A stretch of 64,000 nt of DNA from an uncultured delta proteobacterium. GTDB taxonomy: Bacteria; Myxococcota; Myxococcia; Myxococcales; Anaeromyxobacteraceae. The stretch lies in contig CAWFDF010000009.1 of NCBI GenBank assembly GCA_963814585.1, positions 64,001 through 128,000 on the forward strand. Reading direction: 5' to 3'. Numbering within the stretch: the stretch's first letter is position 1; each line of letters opens with the position of its first letter. Both the position numbers and the translations under genes were made by a program. The notes below the pieces were generated by a model that was given only the letters and a program-made list of their open reading frames with translations, was not told where the DNA came from and ran no database searches. This document shows, one piece after another, positions 23,898-33,969 of the stretch.

Positions 23898-25379
23898 GGC
23901 TGCTCCTCGGGCACCCGCTGCCGCAGCACCTCGCGCACGTCGCCGCGGCGCGTCCTTCACCGTCACCACCAGCGGGAGCTCCCCCGGCAGCGAGTGCGAG
24001 GCGCAGGCGTTGCACGGGTCGTAGGCGCGGAAGGCCATCTCCAGCTGGTTGAGCAGGCCGTCGTTCACCACGCCGTCGCGGATCAGGCCGCGCGCCGCCT
24101 TGCGGACCGAGACCTGGACCGGCGCGGCGTTGTGCTGCGAGGCCACCACCAGGTTGACCGCGGTGAGCAGGCCGTCGGCCCCGGCCCGGTAGTGGTGGAT
24201 GAGCGTGCCGCGCGGCGCCTCGACCACCCCCACCCCCTCGGCCGGGCCGGTCAGCGGCCTCGGCACGGTGCGGACGTCGCGCGACGCCAGCAGCGGGTCG
24301 TCGACCGCCGCCGCGACGCGCTCGGCCGCCTGCAGCGCCTCCACCAGGCGCGCCCAGTGGAAGGCCAGGGTCTGGTGGGCCGGCCAGCCCAGCGCCTCGA
24401 AGAGCCGCTGCCGCTCGGCCTCGGCCAGCGGCGTGGCCATGGCGGTGGCCACGTTGAGCCGGGCCAGCGGCCCGACCCGGTAGAGGCCGCTCAGGTCACC
24501 TTCGGTGAAGCCGGTCCAGCCCTTCGACTTGAGGAAGGTGAACTTGGCGTAGGTCCAGGGCTCGACCCGCTCGGCCAGGTGCTCGAGGTAGTCGCGGGGG
24601 GCGAAGCGCAGCTGCTCGGCCCCGGCGGTGTCCACCACCCGCAGCGTGCCGTCGAGGAAGGTGAGCCGGCCGCCCTGGTCCACCATCCCCAGCGAGTGGG
24701 TGCGCAGGCGGTAGACCTCGCTGCCGATGGCGGCGAGGTACTCGCGCTGCCCCAGCACCGCCGCGCGGAAGGACTCGAGGGTGTCGACCGAGAACTGCAC
24801 CAGCCGGGGCGCCGCCTCGCGCAGCTGCGCCAGCGCCTCGGCCGGCATGGGGCGGGAGCAGCCCCCGGGGAGGGCGAAGACCGGGTGGACGGTCCGGCCG
24901 CTGATGGCCGCCATCAGGTCGCGGGCCTCCTTGCGGACCGAGAGGATGCGCCCTCCCAGCGAGGCGCCGACCCGCGCCAGCACGCCGAGGATGTTGCGCA
25001 GCGGCGCCGGCGCCTGGGGGCCGACCACGAAGTCGGGCCCGCCCATGTACCAGTAGTGGAGGAGGTGGTCCTCGAAGATGAAGAGGTCGTAGTAGAGCCG
25101 CTGCAGCGCCAGCGCCGCCGGTGGCGGCGTCACCCCGTAGAGGGCGTCGAGCGCCCGCACCGAGGCCAGGTGGTGGGCGGCGGGGCAGACCCCGCAGACG
25201 TGGGCGGTGAGCTGGGGCATCTCCTCGGCCGGGCGCCCCACGCAGAACCGCTCGAAGCCGCGCAGCTCCGGGATCTGCAGGAAGGCGTGCTGGGCGTTCC
25301 CCTGCTCGTCGAGCAGGATCTCCACCTTGCCGTGCCCCTCCAGCCGGGTGATGGGGTCGATGGTGATCCGGCGCGTCAT
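23894..25379 (-). CDS. mvhA: Group 3c-type [NiFe]-hydrogenase large subunit (apparent +1 frameshift at about 23947 in the C-terminal tail)
   Basis: MTRRITIDPITRLEGHGK, ELRGFERFCVGR, L1 HVCGVC, YRVGPLARLN, VEAPRGTLIHHY, L2 RAYDPCNACASH. The tail reads ...KDARGDVREVLRQRVPEEQP* after removing one base. Confidence 0.92.
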
Positions 25380-26842
25380 GGCGGTCCCTCCGGCAGGCGG
25401 CGCGGCAGCAGCGCCGCGGCCAGGCCGTAGCGCCAGAAGGTGCCGGCCGGGTCGGGGACGCTCGTCGCCAGCGCCCGCTGGGTGGCCTCGTCGCCCGCGA
25501 AGAGCGAGGCGAAGGCCGAGAGCATGGCGGCGCCGCCGTCGACGACCCCGTCGAGCGGCCCGAAGCAGCCCCGGCAGGGCATGTTGGCCTCGACGCAGCC
25601 GGGCTGGCAGCCTTGCCGGGTGGCCGGCCCGTGGCAGATCAGCCCCTGGGCCAGGAAGCAGGTGGCCTCGTCGGGCTGGGTGGTGGCGAGGCGTGCCAGC
25701 GCGGTGAGCTGCAGCCGCTCCGGGCGGGAGCCGTTGCGCGGGCAGGCGTCGCAGAGCGAGGCGTTGGGCGACAGCACCGCGCCCGGCGGCGGGAGGTCCG
25801 CGCCGGCCAGCAGGCGCTCGATGGCGGCGGCCAGGACGGGGGGCGAAGGGGGGCAGCCGGGGATGACGAAGTCGACGGGCACCGCCGCGCCGAGCGGGAT
25901 GGTCCGGCTGAGCAGGGCCGGCAGGGTCAGGTCGTGGCCGGCGGCGGTGACGGGACGGCCGGGCAGCACCTGCTCGGGGTTGGAGACCGAGGGCTGGTCC
26001 CGGTAGGCGGTGACCAGCAGCTCCTCCGGCTCGGAGAGGTTGCCGAGGCCGACCACGCCGCCGAGGTGGGCGCAGGCGCCGAACGCCACCACGGTCCGCG
26101 CCTTGCGGCGCAGCAGCACCGCCCAGTGGTCCTGCTCGTCGAGCCGGATGGCGCCGTTCACGAAGGCCACGTCGATGTGGCCGTCCGGCAGGGCCTCGAC
26201 GTCGGCCCGCTTGGCGTCGATGGCCACCGGCCAGAGCACGATCTCGACGCGTCCGGCCAGCTCGGCGAAGGCCCCGCCCAGGTCCACCACCGCCTCCTCG
26301 CAGCCGCCGCAGGAGGCGTTCCAGTAGAAGGCCACCCGCGGCTTGCCGGGCGCGCGGGGCGCGGCCGGCGCCTCCTCCAGCTGGTGCAGGCGGGCCCGGG
26401 TGGCGCGCACCGCGTCGTCGACCGAGTCGAGCGCGCGCCGCTGGTAGTCGAGCGGCCCGAGCGCCTCGAGCTCGGCGGTCATCCGCGTCGCCACCTCGGC
26501 GAAGCGCGGCCCCTCGGCGGCCCCCACCCACTCGACGCGCAGGCGCTGGCGGGGGATGTGGGCCTGCTCGAGGGCGCGGCCGAGCAGCGTCAGCCTGGCC
26601 GCCGCCCGCAGGTTGCCGTCGACGTGGTGGCAGTCGCCGGGGTGGCAGCCGCCCACCAGCACGCCGTCGGCCCCCTCGCGGAAGGCCTGCAGCACCATGG
26701 CCGGCTCGACGCGGCCGCTGCAGGGCACGCGCACCGGGAGCAGGGTCTGCGGGTAGTCGTGGTGCGAGCTCCCGGCCTTGTCGGCGGCGGCGTAGGCGCA
26801 CCACTCGCAGAGGAAGGCGACGATGCGGGGGGCGCGGGTCAC
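25376..26842 (-). CDS. mvhD-mvhG: Fusion of MvhD ([2Fe-2S] subunit) and MvhG ([NiFe]-hydrogenase small subunit)
   Basis: N-terminus IVAFLCEWCAYAAAD...RVPCSGRV...GADGVLVGGCHPGDCHH...EWVGAAEG. After a linker: AFYWNASCGGCEE...NGAIR...FGACA...IPGCPP...CDACPR...CFLAQGLICHGPATRQGC...CRGCFGP. Confidence 0.9.
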   Translation of the reverse strand: MTRAPRIVAFLCEWCAYAAADKAGSSHHDYPQTLLPVRVPCSGRVEPAMVLQAFREGADGVLVGGCHPGDCHHVDGNLRAAARLTLLGRALEQAHIPRQRLRVEWVGAAEGPRFAEVATRMTAELEALGPLDYQRRALDSVDDAVRATRARLHQLEEAPAAPRAPGKPRVAFYWNASCGGCEEAVVDLGGAFAELAGRVEIVLWPVAIDAKRADVEALPDGHIDVAFVNGAIRLDEQDHWAVLLRRKARTVVAFGACAHLGGVVGLGNLSEPEELLVTAYRDQPSVSNPEQVLPGRPVTAAGHDLTLPALLSRTIPLGAAVPVDFVIPGCPPSPPVLAAAIERLLAGADLPPPGAVLSPNASLCDACPRNGSRPERLQLTALARLATTQPDEATCFLAQGLICHGPATRQGCQPGCVEANMPCRGCFGPLDGVVDGGAAMLSAFASLFAGDEATQRALATSVPDPAGTFWRYGLAAALLPRRLPEGPP

Positions 26843-28806
26843 GTCGCCGCCCCGGCCCGGGCGCCGGCCAGCAGCGCCGAGATCTCCGCGGTCAGCTGGG
26901 CCCGGGTGGAGTGGGGCGCGGCCGCCGCGCCGGTGGGGCAGGCGGCGGCGCACCCGCCGCAGGCGTGGCAGTAGGCGGCCTCGACCGTGGCCTTGTGGGT
27001 GGCCGGATCGCGGACCACGGCGTGGTAGGGGCAGGCGGCGGTGCAGGTCCCGCAGCCGCCGCAGAGGACCGGGTCGATCTCGGCGGCCAGCGCCGTCAGC
27101 TCGCGCCGCTCGCCCGGCACCAGCGTGGCCAGCACGCGCCCCGCGGCGGCGGCGCCGTCCCGGATGGACTCGCGGATGGAGCGCGGGCCGGCGGCGGCGC
27201 CGGCGACGAACACCCCCGCCACCCGCGTGGCCGTCGGCTCGAACGGGTTGGCCGACCCCTCGGCCAGGAAGCCGCGCGGGTCGCGGTCCAGCCGCAGCAG
27301 CGCCGCCAGCGCCTCGGCTCCCTCCGCCGGCGTCGAGGCGGCGTGGAGGACCACCAGGTCGAAGGCCCGCGACGTCTCCAGCGGCCCGAGCGCGAGCCGG
27401 ACCGAGACCGCCTCGCCGGCCGGAGCCAGCCCGCCCGGCCGCAGCTCCTCGTCGAGCAGGAGGACGCCCTCCCCGGCCGCGGCCAGGGCCTCGGCGGCGA
27501 GCCCGGGCGTGCGCCCCAGGCCGCCCGCCACCGCCACCGCCAGCCCGGGCCAGCGCCGCCGCAGCCCGCGCGCCAGCTTGAGCAGCTCGCGGGACGGCAG
27601 CGCGCCGTCGCGGTCGCCGGCCGTCGAGGCCAGCAGCACCGAGCTCGGCTCCGGCCGGCCGGCCAGGGTGAGCCGGCCGCCGGTGGGGCCGCCCGGGTGG
27701 AGCAGGCGCTCCAGCTGCCAGGTGGAGATGACGCCGGGAGGACCGGCCACCTCGCCGGGGCGGAACCCGGTCGCCAGCACCAGGGCGCCGGCGGTGAGCC
27801 TTCGCTCCTCGGGCCTGGCGTCGAGCCGGATGGCGTCGAAGCCGCAGGCCGCCAGGCAGGCGTCGCAGCTGCCGTCGCGGTGGTGCAGGCAGGCCGCCGC
27901 GTCGAGCACGGCCAGGTGGGGCAGCGAGCCGGCGTAGGCGGCGCCGATGGCCCGCCGGGACCCGAGGCCGGCCGCCCACGGGTCCGGCACCTCGACCGGG
28001 CAGCGCAGGCTGCACTCGCCGCAGCCGATGCACCGCTGCGGGTCGACGAACCTGGGGGCCAGCGCCGCCGTCACCTCGAAGGCGCCGGGCGTGCCGCGCA
28101 CCCGCGTCACCGTGGCGCCGGTGAGCAGCTCGATCCGATCGTGGTGGAGCACCTCGTCGAGCGCCGGCTCCATGAAGCAGGAGGCGCAGACGTGGTCGGG
28201 GAAGATCTCGTCGAGCTGCGCGGCCAGCCCGCCCAGCGCCGGCGACCGCTCCACCAGCAGCACCCGGCGGTCCTTCCTCGCCAGCGTCAGCGCCGCCGCC
28301 ACGCCGGCCGCGCCGCCGCCCACCACCACCACGTCGGCGACCACGTCGACCTCGCGCCGCGCCCGGGGCTGGTGGCGGGCCACGCGGGCCAGCCCGGCCC
28401 GCACCAGCCGCTCGGCGCGCGCCGTGGCCGCCTCGGCCGCGCCGCCGATCCACTCCACCTGCTCGCGCAGGTTGACCAGCTGCAGGAGGTACGGGTTTCG
28501 CCCGGCCCGGGCCATCACGGCGCGGAAGGTGAGCTCGTGCTCGCGCGGGGAGCAGGCGGCGACCACCAGCCGGTCGAGCCGCTCCCGCCGAAGCCAGTCG
28601 GCCAGCCAGTCCTGGCCCTCCGCCGAGCAGAGGATCGGCTGGGTGGTCACCGCCGCCGCCTCGGGCCAGTGGGCCGCCGCCTCGAGCGGGCCGAGCTCGA
28701 TCAGGTTGAAGAGGTTGGGGCCGCAGCGGCAGAGGACCAGGCCGATCCGGCCGGTCTCCGGTTCGGGCGGGGCCGCGGCGGGTCCGGGCGGTGGCGGCGC
28801 GGTCAC
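26839..28806 (-). CDS. hdrA: HdrA-family (heterodisulfide reductase subunit A-like) FAD/iron-sulfur protein, divergent
   Basis: RIGLVLCRCG...LCSAEGQ...VVAACSPREHELTF...NLREQ, FAD motif VVGGGAAG, FPDHVCASC, inserted and C-terminal 2x[4Fe-4S] ferredoxin motifs, GVFVAGAAAGP. Confidence 0.88.
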   Translation of the reverse strand: MTAPPPPGPAAAPPEPETGRIGLVLCRCGPNLFNLIELGPLEAAAHWPEAAAVTTQPILCSAEGQDWLADWLRRERLDRLVVAACSPREHELTFRAVMARAGRNPYLLQLVNLREQVEWIGGAAEAATARAERLVRAGLARVARHQPRARREVDVVADVVVVGGGAAGVAAALTLARKDRRVLLVERSPALGGLAAQLDEIFPDHVCASCFMEPALDEVLHHDRIELLTGATVTRVRGTPGAFEVTAALAPRFVDPQRCIGCGECSLRCPVEVPDPWAAGLGSRRAIGAAYAGSLPHLAVLDAAACLHHRDGSCDACLAACGFDAIRLDARPEERRLTAGALVLATGFRPGEVAGPPGVISTWQLERLLHPGGPTGGRLTLAGRPEPSSVLLASTAGDRDGALPSRELLKLARGLRRRWPGLAVAVAGGLGRTPGLAAEALAAAGEGVLLLDEELRPGGLAPAGEAVSVRLALGPLETSRAFDLVVLHAASTPAEGAEALAALLRLDRDPRGFLAEGSANPFEPTATRVAGVFVAGAAAGPRSIRESIRDGAAAAGRVLATLVPGERRELTALAAEIDPVLCGGCGTCTAACPYHAVVRDPATHKATVEAAYCHACGGCAAACPTGAAAAPHSTRAQLTAEISALLAGARAGAAT

Positions 28807-28810
28807 ACCA

Positions 28811-29032
28811 TCAGTACTGGATGAGGATGACGGTCCTGGCGCCGTCGGCGCGGACGGCCAGCATGGTCCTGCGGCGGCGCTCGCAGAAGGTCCGGATGTC
28901 CTTCTCGAAGGTGGGGCAGTCCCCGGTGATCTCGACCACGGTGCCGGACCGGGTCTCGGCAGTCTCCACGGCGAGCTTCAGGACCGGCTGGGGGCAGCGC
29001 ATGCCGGTGCAGTCGATCTTCAGCACGTCCAT
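28811..29032 (-). CDS. tusA: TusA/SirA family sulfur carrier protein
   Basis: MDVLKIDCTGMRCPQPVLKL...VVEITGDCPTFEKDIRTFC with the CPxP motif, 73 aa. GGAGG RBS; the start could be TTG 29038. Confidence 0.88.
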   Translation of the reverse strand: MDVLKIDCTGMRCPQPVLKLAVETAETRSGTVVEITGDCPTFEKDIRTFCERRRRTMLAVRADGARTVILIQY

Positions 29033-29097
29033 GGCCAAGGTGGTTCGCCTCCTGGAGGTCTGGGAGGCCCGGGGGGAGGCGACCCACACCAGGCCTG

Positions 29098-29127
29098 ACC
29101 TTACCGGAGCGGATCCGGGCGAGTCAA
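29098..29127 (-). promoter_or_regulatory. Putative sigma70 promoter of the tusA-hdrA-mvh operon
   Basis: TTGACT-N18-TAAGGT on the minus strand, preceded by a T-run. Confidence 0.5.
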
Positions 29128-29172
29128 AAAAGGGACACCTGCGCGCTTCGCTTCGGATTCCGGGGACTTGGG

Positions 29173-29631
29173 TCAGTCCGCCACGTCCTCGGCCAGGATG
29201 AGCCGGTAGATCTCCTCGGACGAGGGCGCCGCCAGGATGGCCTCCCGGAAGGCGGCCACCCGGAAGATCCGGCTCACACGGGAGAGCGCCTTGAGGTGCG
29301 CCCCGGCGGAGTTCTCCGGCGCGAAGAGGGCGAAGAAGATCCGGGCCGGCTTGCCGTCGGCGGCCCGGTACTCGATCCCCTCCCGCGAGCGGCCCACGGT
29401 GGCCACCAGCGCCGGCAGCCCGGGCCACTTGCCGTGCGGGATGGCGACGCCGTCCCCGACGCCGGTCGACCCGAGCTTCTCGCGGTCGAGCAGCACCTGG
29501 ACCAGGCGCGCGGCGTCCAGCCCGTTGACCTGCGCCACCGGCCGGCACAGCTCGGCCAGCACCTCGGCGGCGGTGCGGCCCTGCAAGTCGGCCAGCACCG
29601 CCTGCGGCTGGAGGAAGTCCTGGATCTTCAC
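29173..29631 (-). CDS. ptsN: PTS IIA nitrogen-regulatory protein
   Basis: LLDREKLGSTGVGDGVAIPHGK...HLKALSRVSR. Follows rpoN-hpf. Confidence 0.92.
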   Translation of the reverse strand: MKIQDFLQPQAVLADLQGRTAAEVLAELCRPVAQVNGLDAARLVQVLLDREKLGSTGVGDGVAIPHGKWPGLPALVATVGRSREGIEYRAADGKPARIFFALFAPENSAGAHLKALSRVSRIFRVAAFREAILAAPSSEEIYRLILAEDVAD

Positions 29632-29670
29632 CCTGAGCTCGTCCTTTCGCCCGGCGGCGAGACCCTCGCG

Positions 29671-30219
29671 CTAGGAGGTGCGCGCCTCGATCAGGCCGAG
29701 GCTGCCGTCCTCCCTCCGGTAGAGGACGTTGATGGCACGATCCGCGGCATTCTGGAAGACGAAGAACTGGCTCCCCAGCAGGTCGAGCTGGAGGATGGCG
29801 TCGTCCACCGACATCTGCTTGGCCTGGAAGACCCGGCTCTTGGCCACCCGGTGGCTGGGCTTCTCCGGGTGCTCGATGATGTCGATGACGTCGTGGCGCA
29901 CCTCGACCGGCGCCGGCTCGACGTGCCCCGACTTGTGGTCCTGCAGCTTGGCCTTGTGCTTCTTGAGCTGCCGCTCGATCTTGTCGGCCGCCTCGTCGAT
30001 GGAGGCGTACATGTCCTTGGTCTTGGCGGTGCCGCGGAGCAGGAACCGCCCCGCCTTCACCGTCAGCTCGGCGTGGTGGGCCAGGTTCTCGACGTGGAGC
30101 ACGGCGTGGGCCTCGGAGGGCCGATCGATGAAGCGCTGGACGTGCTCGACCCTTCCCTTGACGTGCGACTTGAGCGCTTCGGTGGGCTCCAGGTGCCGGA
30201 ACGTGATGTTCACCTGCAT
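29671..30219 (-). CDS. hpf: Ribosome hibernation promoting factor (long HPF / RaiA)
   Basis: MQVNITFRHLEPTEALK...DMYASIDEAADKIERQLKKHK...MSVDDAILQLDLLG...NVLYRREDG. GAGGAGG RBS. Confidence 0.93.
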   Translation of the reverse strand: MQVNITFRHLEPTEALKSHVKGRVEHVQRFIDRPSEAHAVLHVENLAHHAELTVKAGRFLLRGTAKTKDMYASIDEAADKIERQLKKHKAKLQDHKSGHVEPAPVEVRHDVIDIIEHPEKPSHRVAKSRVFQAKQMSVDDAILQLDLLGSQFFVFQNAADRAINVLYRREDGSLGLIEARTS

Positions 30220-30246
30220 GGACCGCCTCCTCTGTGGGTGCGCTGG

Positions 30247-30374
30247 GCGTGCTGCCGACATGCTTCGGCCGCGAGCCTCGCGCTCAGCGGAGCGTGGAGG
30301 ACATCGCGGCCGTGGTTGCTGCCAGCTGCCAGCATGTCGAGGAAATGATAGCAGGGCGGCCGGCGGCAGCACGC
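30247..30374 (-). ncRNA. Candidate structured cis-regulatory RNA in the rpoN-hpf intergenic region
   Basis: Nested perfect complementary segments: 30256-30264/30331-30339, 30266-30274/30304-30312, 30281-30285/30290-30294 and 30247-30257/30364-30374. Confidence 0.4.
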
Positions 30375-30450
30375 GGATCCGGACGACTTTCTCAGGGCCG
30401 ATCCGGCGGTCGCAGGGGGCGCGGCCGTACGCCGCGCCAACCACCCGGAT

Positions 30451-32713
<2,263 letters not shown>

Positions 32714-32717
<4 letters not shown>

Positions 32718-33385
32718 GGGCCGCCTCCGGCCGGCCGGGCCGGGGCCGGCGCCGCCCGGGGCGCGACGGGCGCCGCCTTCGGTGGGGCGGGTGCCGCCCT
32801 GGGGGAGGCGGGCGTGGCCTTGCCCGGGGCGGCCGGGGCCGGCTTCCTCTGGAGCTGCTCGAGCTGCGTCGACGGGACGGTCGCCTGGACCGCCTCCTCC
32901 AGCAGCACCTCGTCGGCGGCGATCAGGTAGGTGAGGCGCTTGCCGGAGACCTCGGTCTCGCCGTCCCTCAGCACCGGGTTCCCGTCGCAGATGATCCTGG
33001 CGGCGTCGCGATCGTACTGGCCCCGCTCGCAGGTCACCACCCGGGTCCCGCGGACCAGCTTCACGTCCCCCTCGCAGACGGCGAAGGCCAGGCGGCCGGT
33101 GGCGTCGTTGTCGCCGACCATCCTGCGGCAGGTGAGCGTGAGGTCGTCGCGGGTGAGGGTCACGAAGGGCTTGCCCTGCATGATGACCTTCCGCGTCGTC
33201 CAGTTGTAGCGGATGACGTCGGCGTCGACCCTGGTCGGGACCTGCCGGTCCGCGTCGGACACCAGCGGGTTGGCCGCCCTGGGCCCGGGCGCCGGCGGGG
33301 CGGTGGGCTGGGCCGGCGCGGGCCCGGGCGCCGACGGGGCGGAGGGCTGGGCCGACAGGGCGAGCAGGAGGAGGAGGGCCGTCAT
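32714..33385 (-). CDS. lptA: LptA/OstA family LPS transport protein
   Basis: Signal peptide and beta-jellyroll pattern (CEGDVKLV...GQYD...GNPVLRDGETEVSGKRLTY). Lies between the lptC-like gene and lptB. Confidence 0.8.
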
Positions 33386-33906
33386 GGGCGGGCCGGCAGT
33401 CCGGTGACGAGGTGGGGCGCTCCGCGGATGACGAGCTCGCCGGTCGCGGCGTCGACGTCGAAGCCGGTCCCGGTGAGCCGGTAGCCGGGGCCCTCCAGCC
33501 TGACCGCCTCCTCGCCGTGGATCCCGATGCGGCCGTCGGGGCGCGGCGTGGAGACGGCGCTGGGCGTGACCGCGACGTCGGCGCCCCGGGAGGCGCGGAT
33601 GCCCCCGGTCACCCGAAAGTGGCGGTCGAGGAGGTTTCCCGAACCGGCCGGGGCGGTCACCCGGACCGTCCCGGTGGCGGTCACCTGGTCCCAGGTCAGG
33701 TCGAGCGCCGCCAGATCGGCGGTGTCGCGCCGGTAGGTGAGCCTCTGGGCCTGCCCGGAGGCGATGGTGACCCCCCTGCGGTCGAGCAGGAAGTCGACCC
33801 CATCCAGGGTCACCTCGGGGACGACCCGGCGTTGATCACCAGGGCGATCGGGCCGACAGCCCGTCACCAGGATCAGGAACACGAACGTGGCTTCCCGCAG
33901 CCCCAT
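33382..33906 (-). CDS. lptC: LptC-like LPS export protein (lipoprotein-type signal)
   Basis: LVTGC lipobox-like motif, beta-rich, GEEAVRLEGPGYRLTGTGF. Synteny upstream of lptA-lptB. Confidence 0.6.
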   Translation of the reverse strand: MGLREATFVFLILVTGCRPDRPGDQRRVVPEVTLDGVDFLLDRRGVTIASGQAQRLTYRRDTADLAALDLTWDQVTATGTVRVTAPAGSGNLLDRHFRVTGGIRASRGADVAVTPSAVSTPRPDGRIGIHGEEAVRLEGPGYRLTGTGFDVDAATGELVIRGAPHLVTGLPARP

Positions 33907-33969
33907 GGGCCTCCAAGTGCCGTGAACGATAGCACTCTTTTTCGTGCCAAACCACGGGCACAGGCCTTG

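Noticed and set aside
23613..28453. Very long ORFs 23613..26804 and 25376..28453 as single giant hydrogenase proteins
   Set aside because: Their N-terminal parts are Arg/Gly/Pro-rich off-frame translations of upstream genes. The real starts are 25379 and 26842.
23894..28806. Selenocysteine (UGA) recoding in the hydrogenase or Hdr subunits
   Set aside because: The relevant positions (MvhA L2, MvhD, HdrA) are Cys codons and no in-frame TGA interrupts the domains.
30220..30450. 6S RNA or tRNA in the rpoN-hpf spacer
   Set aside because: No cloverleaf or T-loop motif, and no symmetric central bubble of 6S length. Kept only as an unclassified structured RNA candidate.
33925..33955. Sigma-54 promoter upstream of lptC (TTGGCACG...TGC on the minus strand)
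   Set aside because: The GG to GC spacing is 13 nt instead of the required 10.
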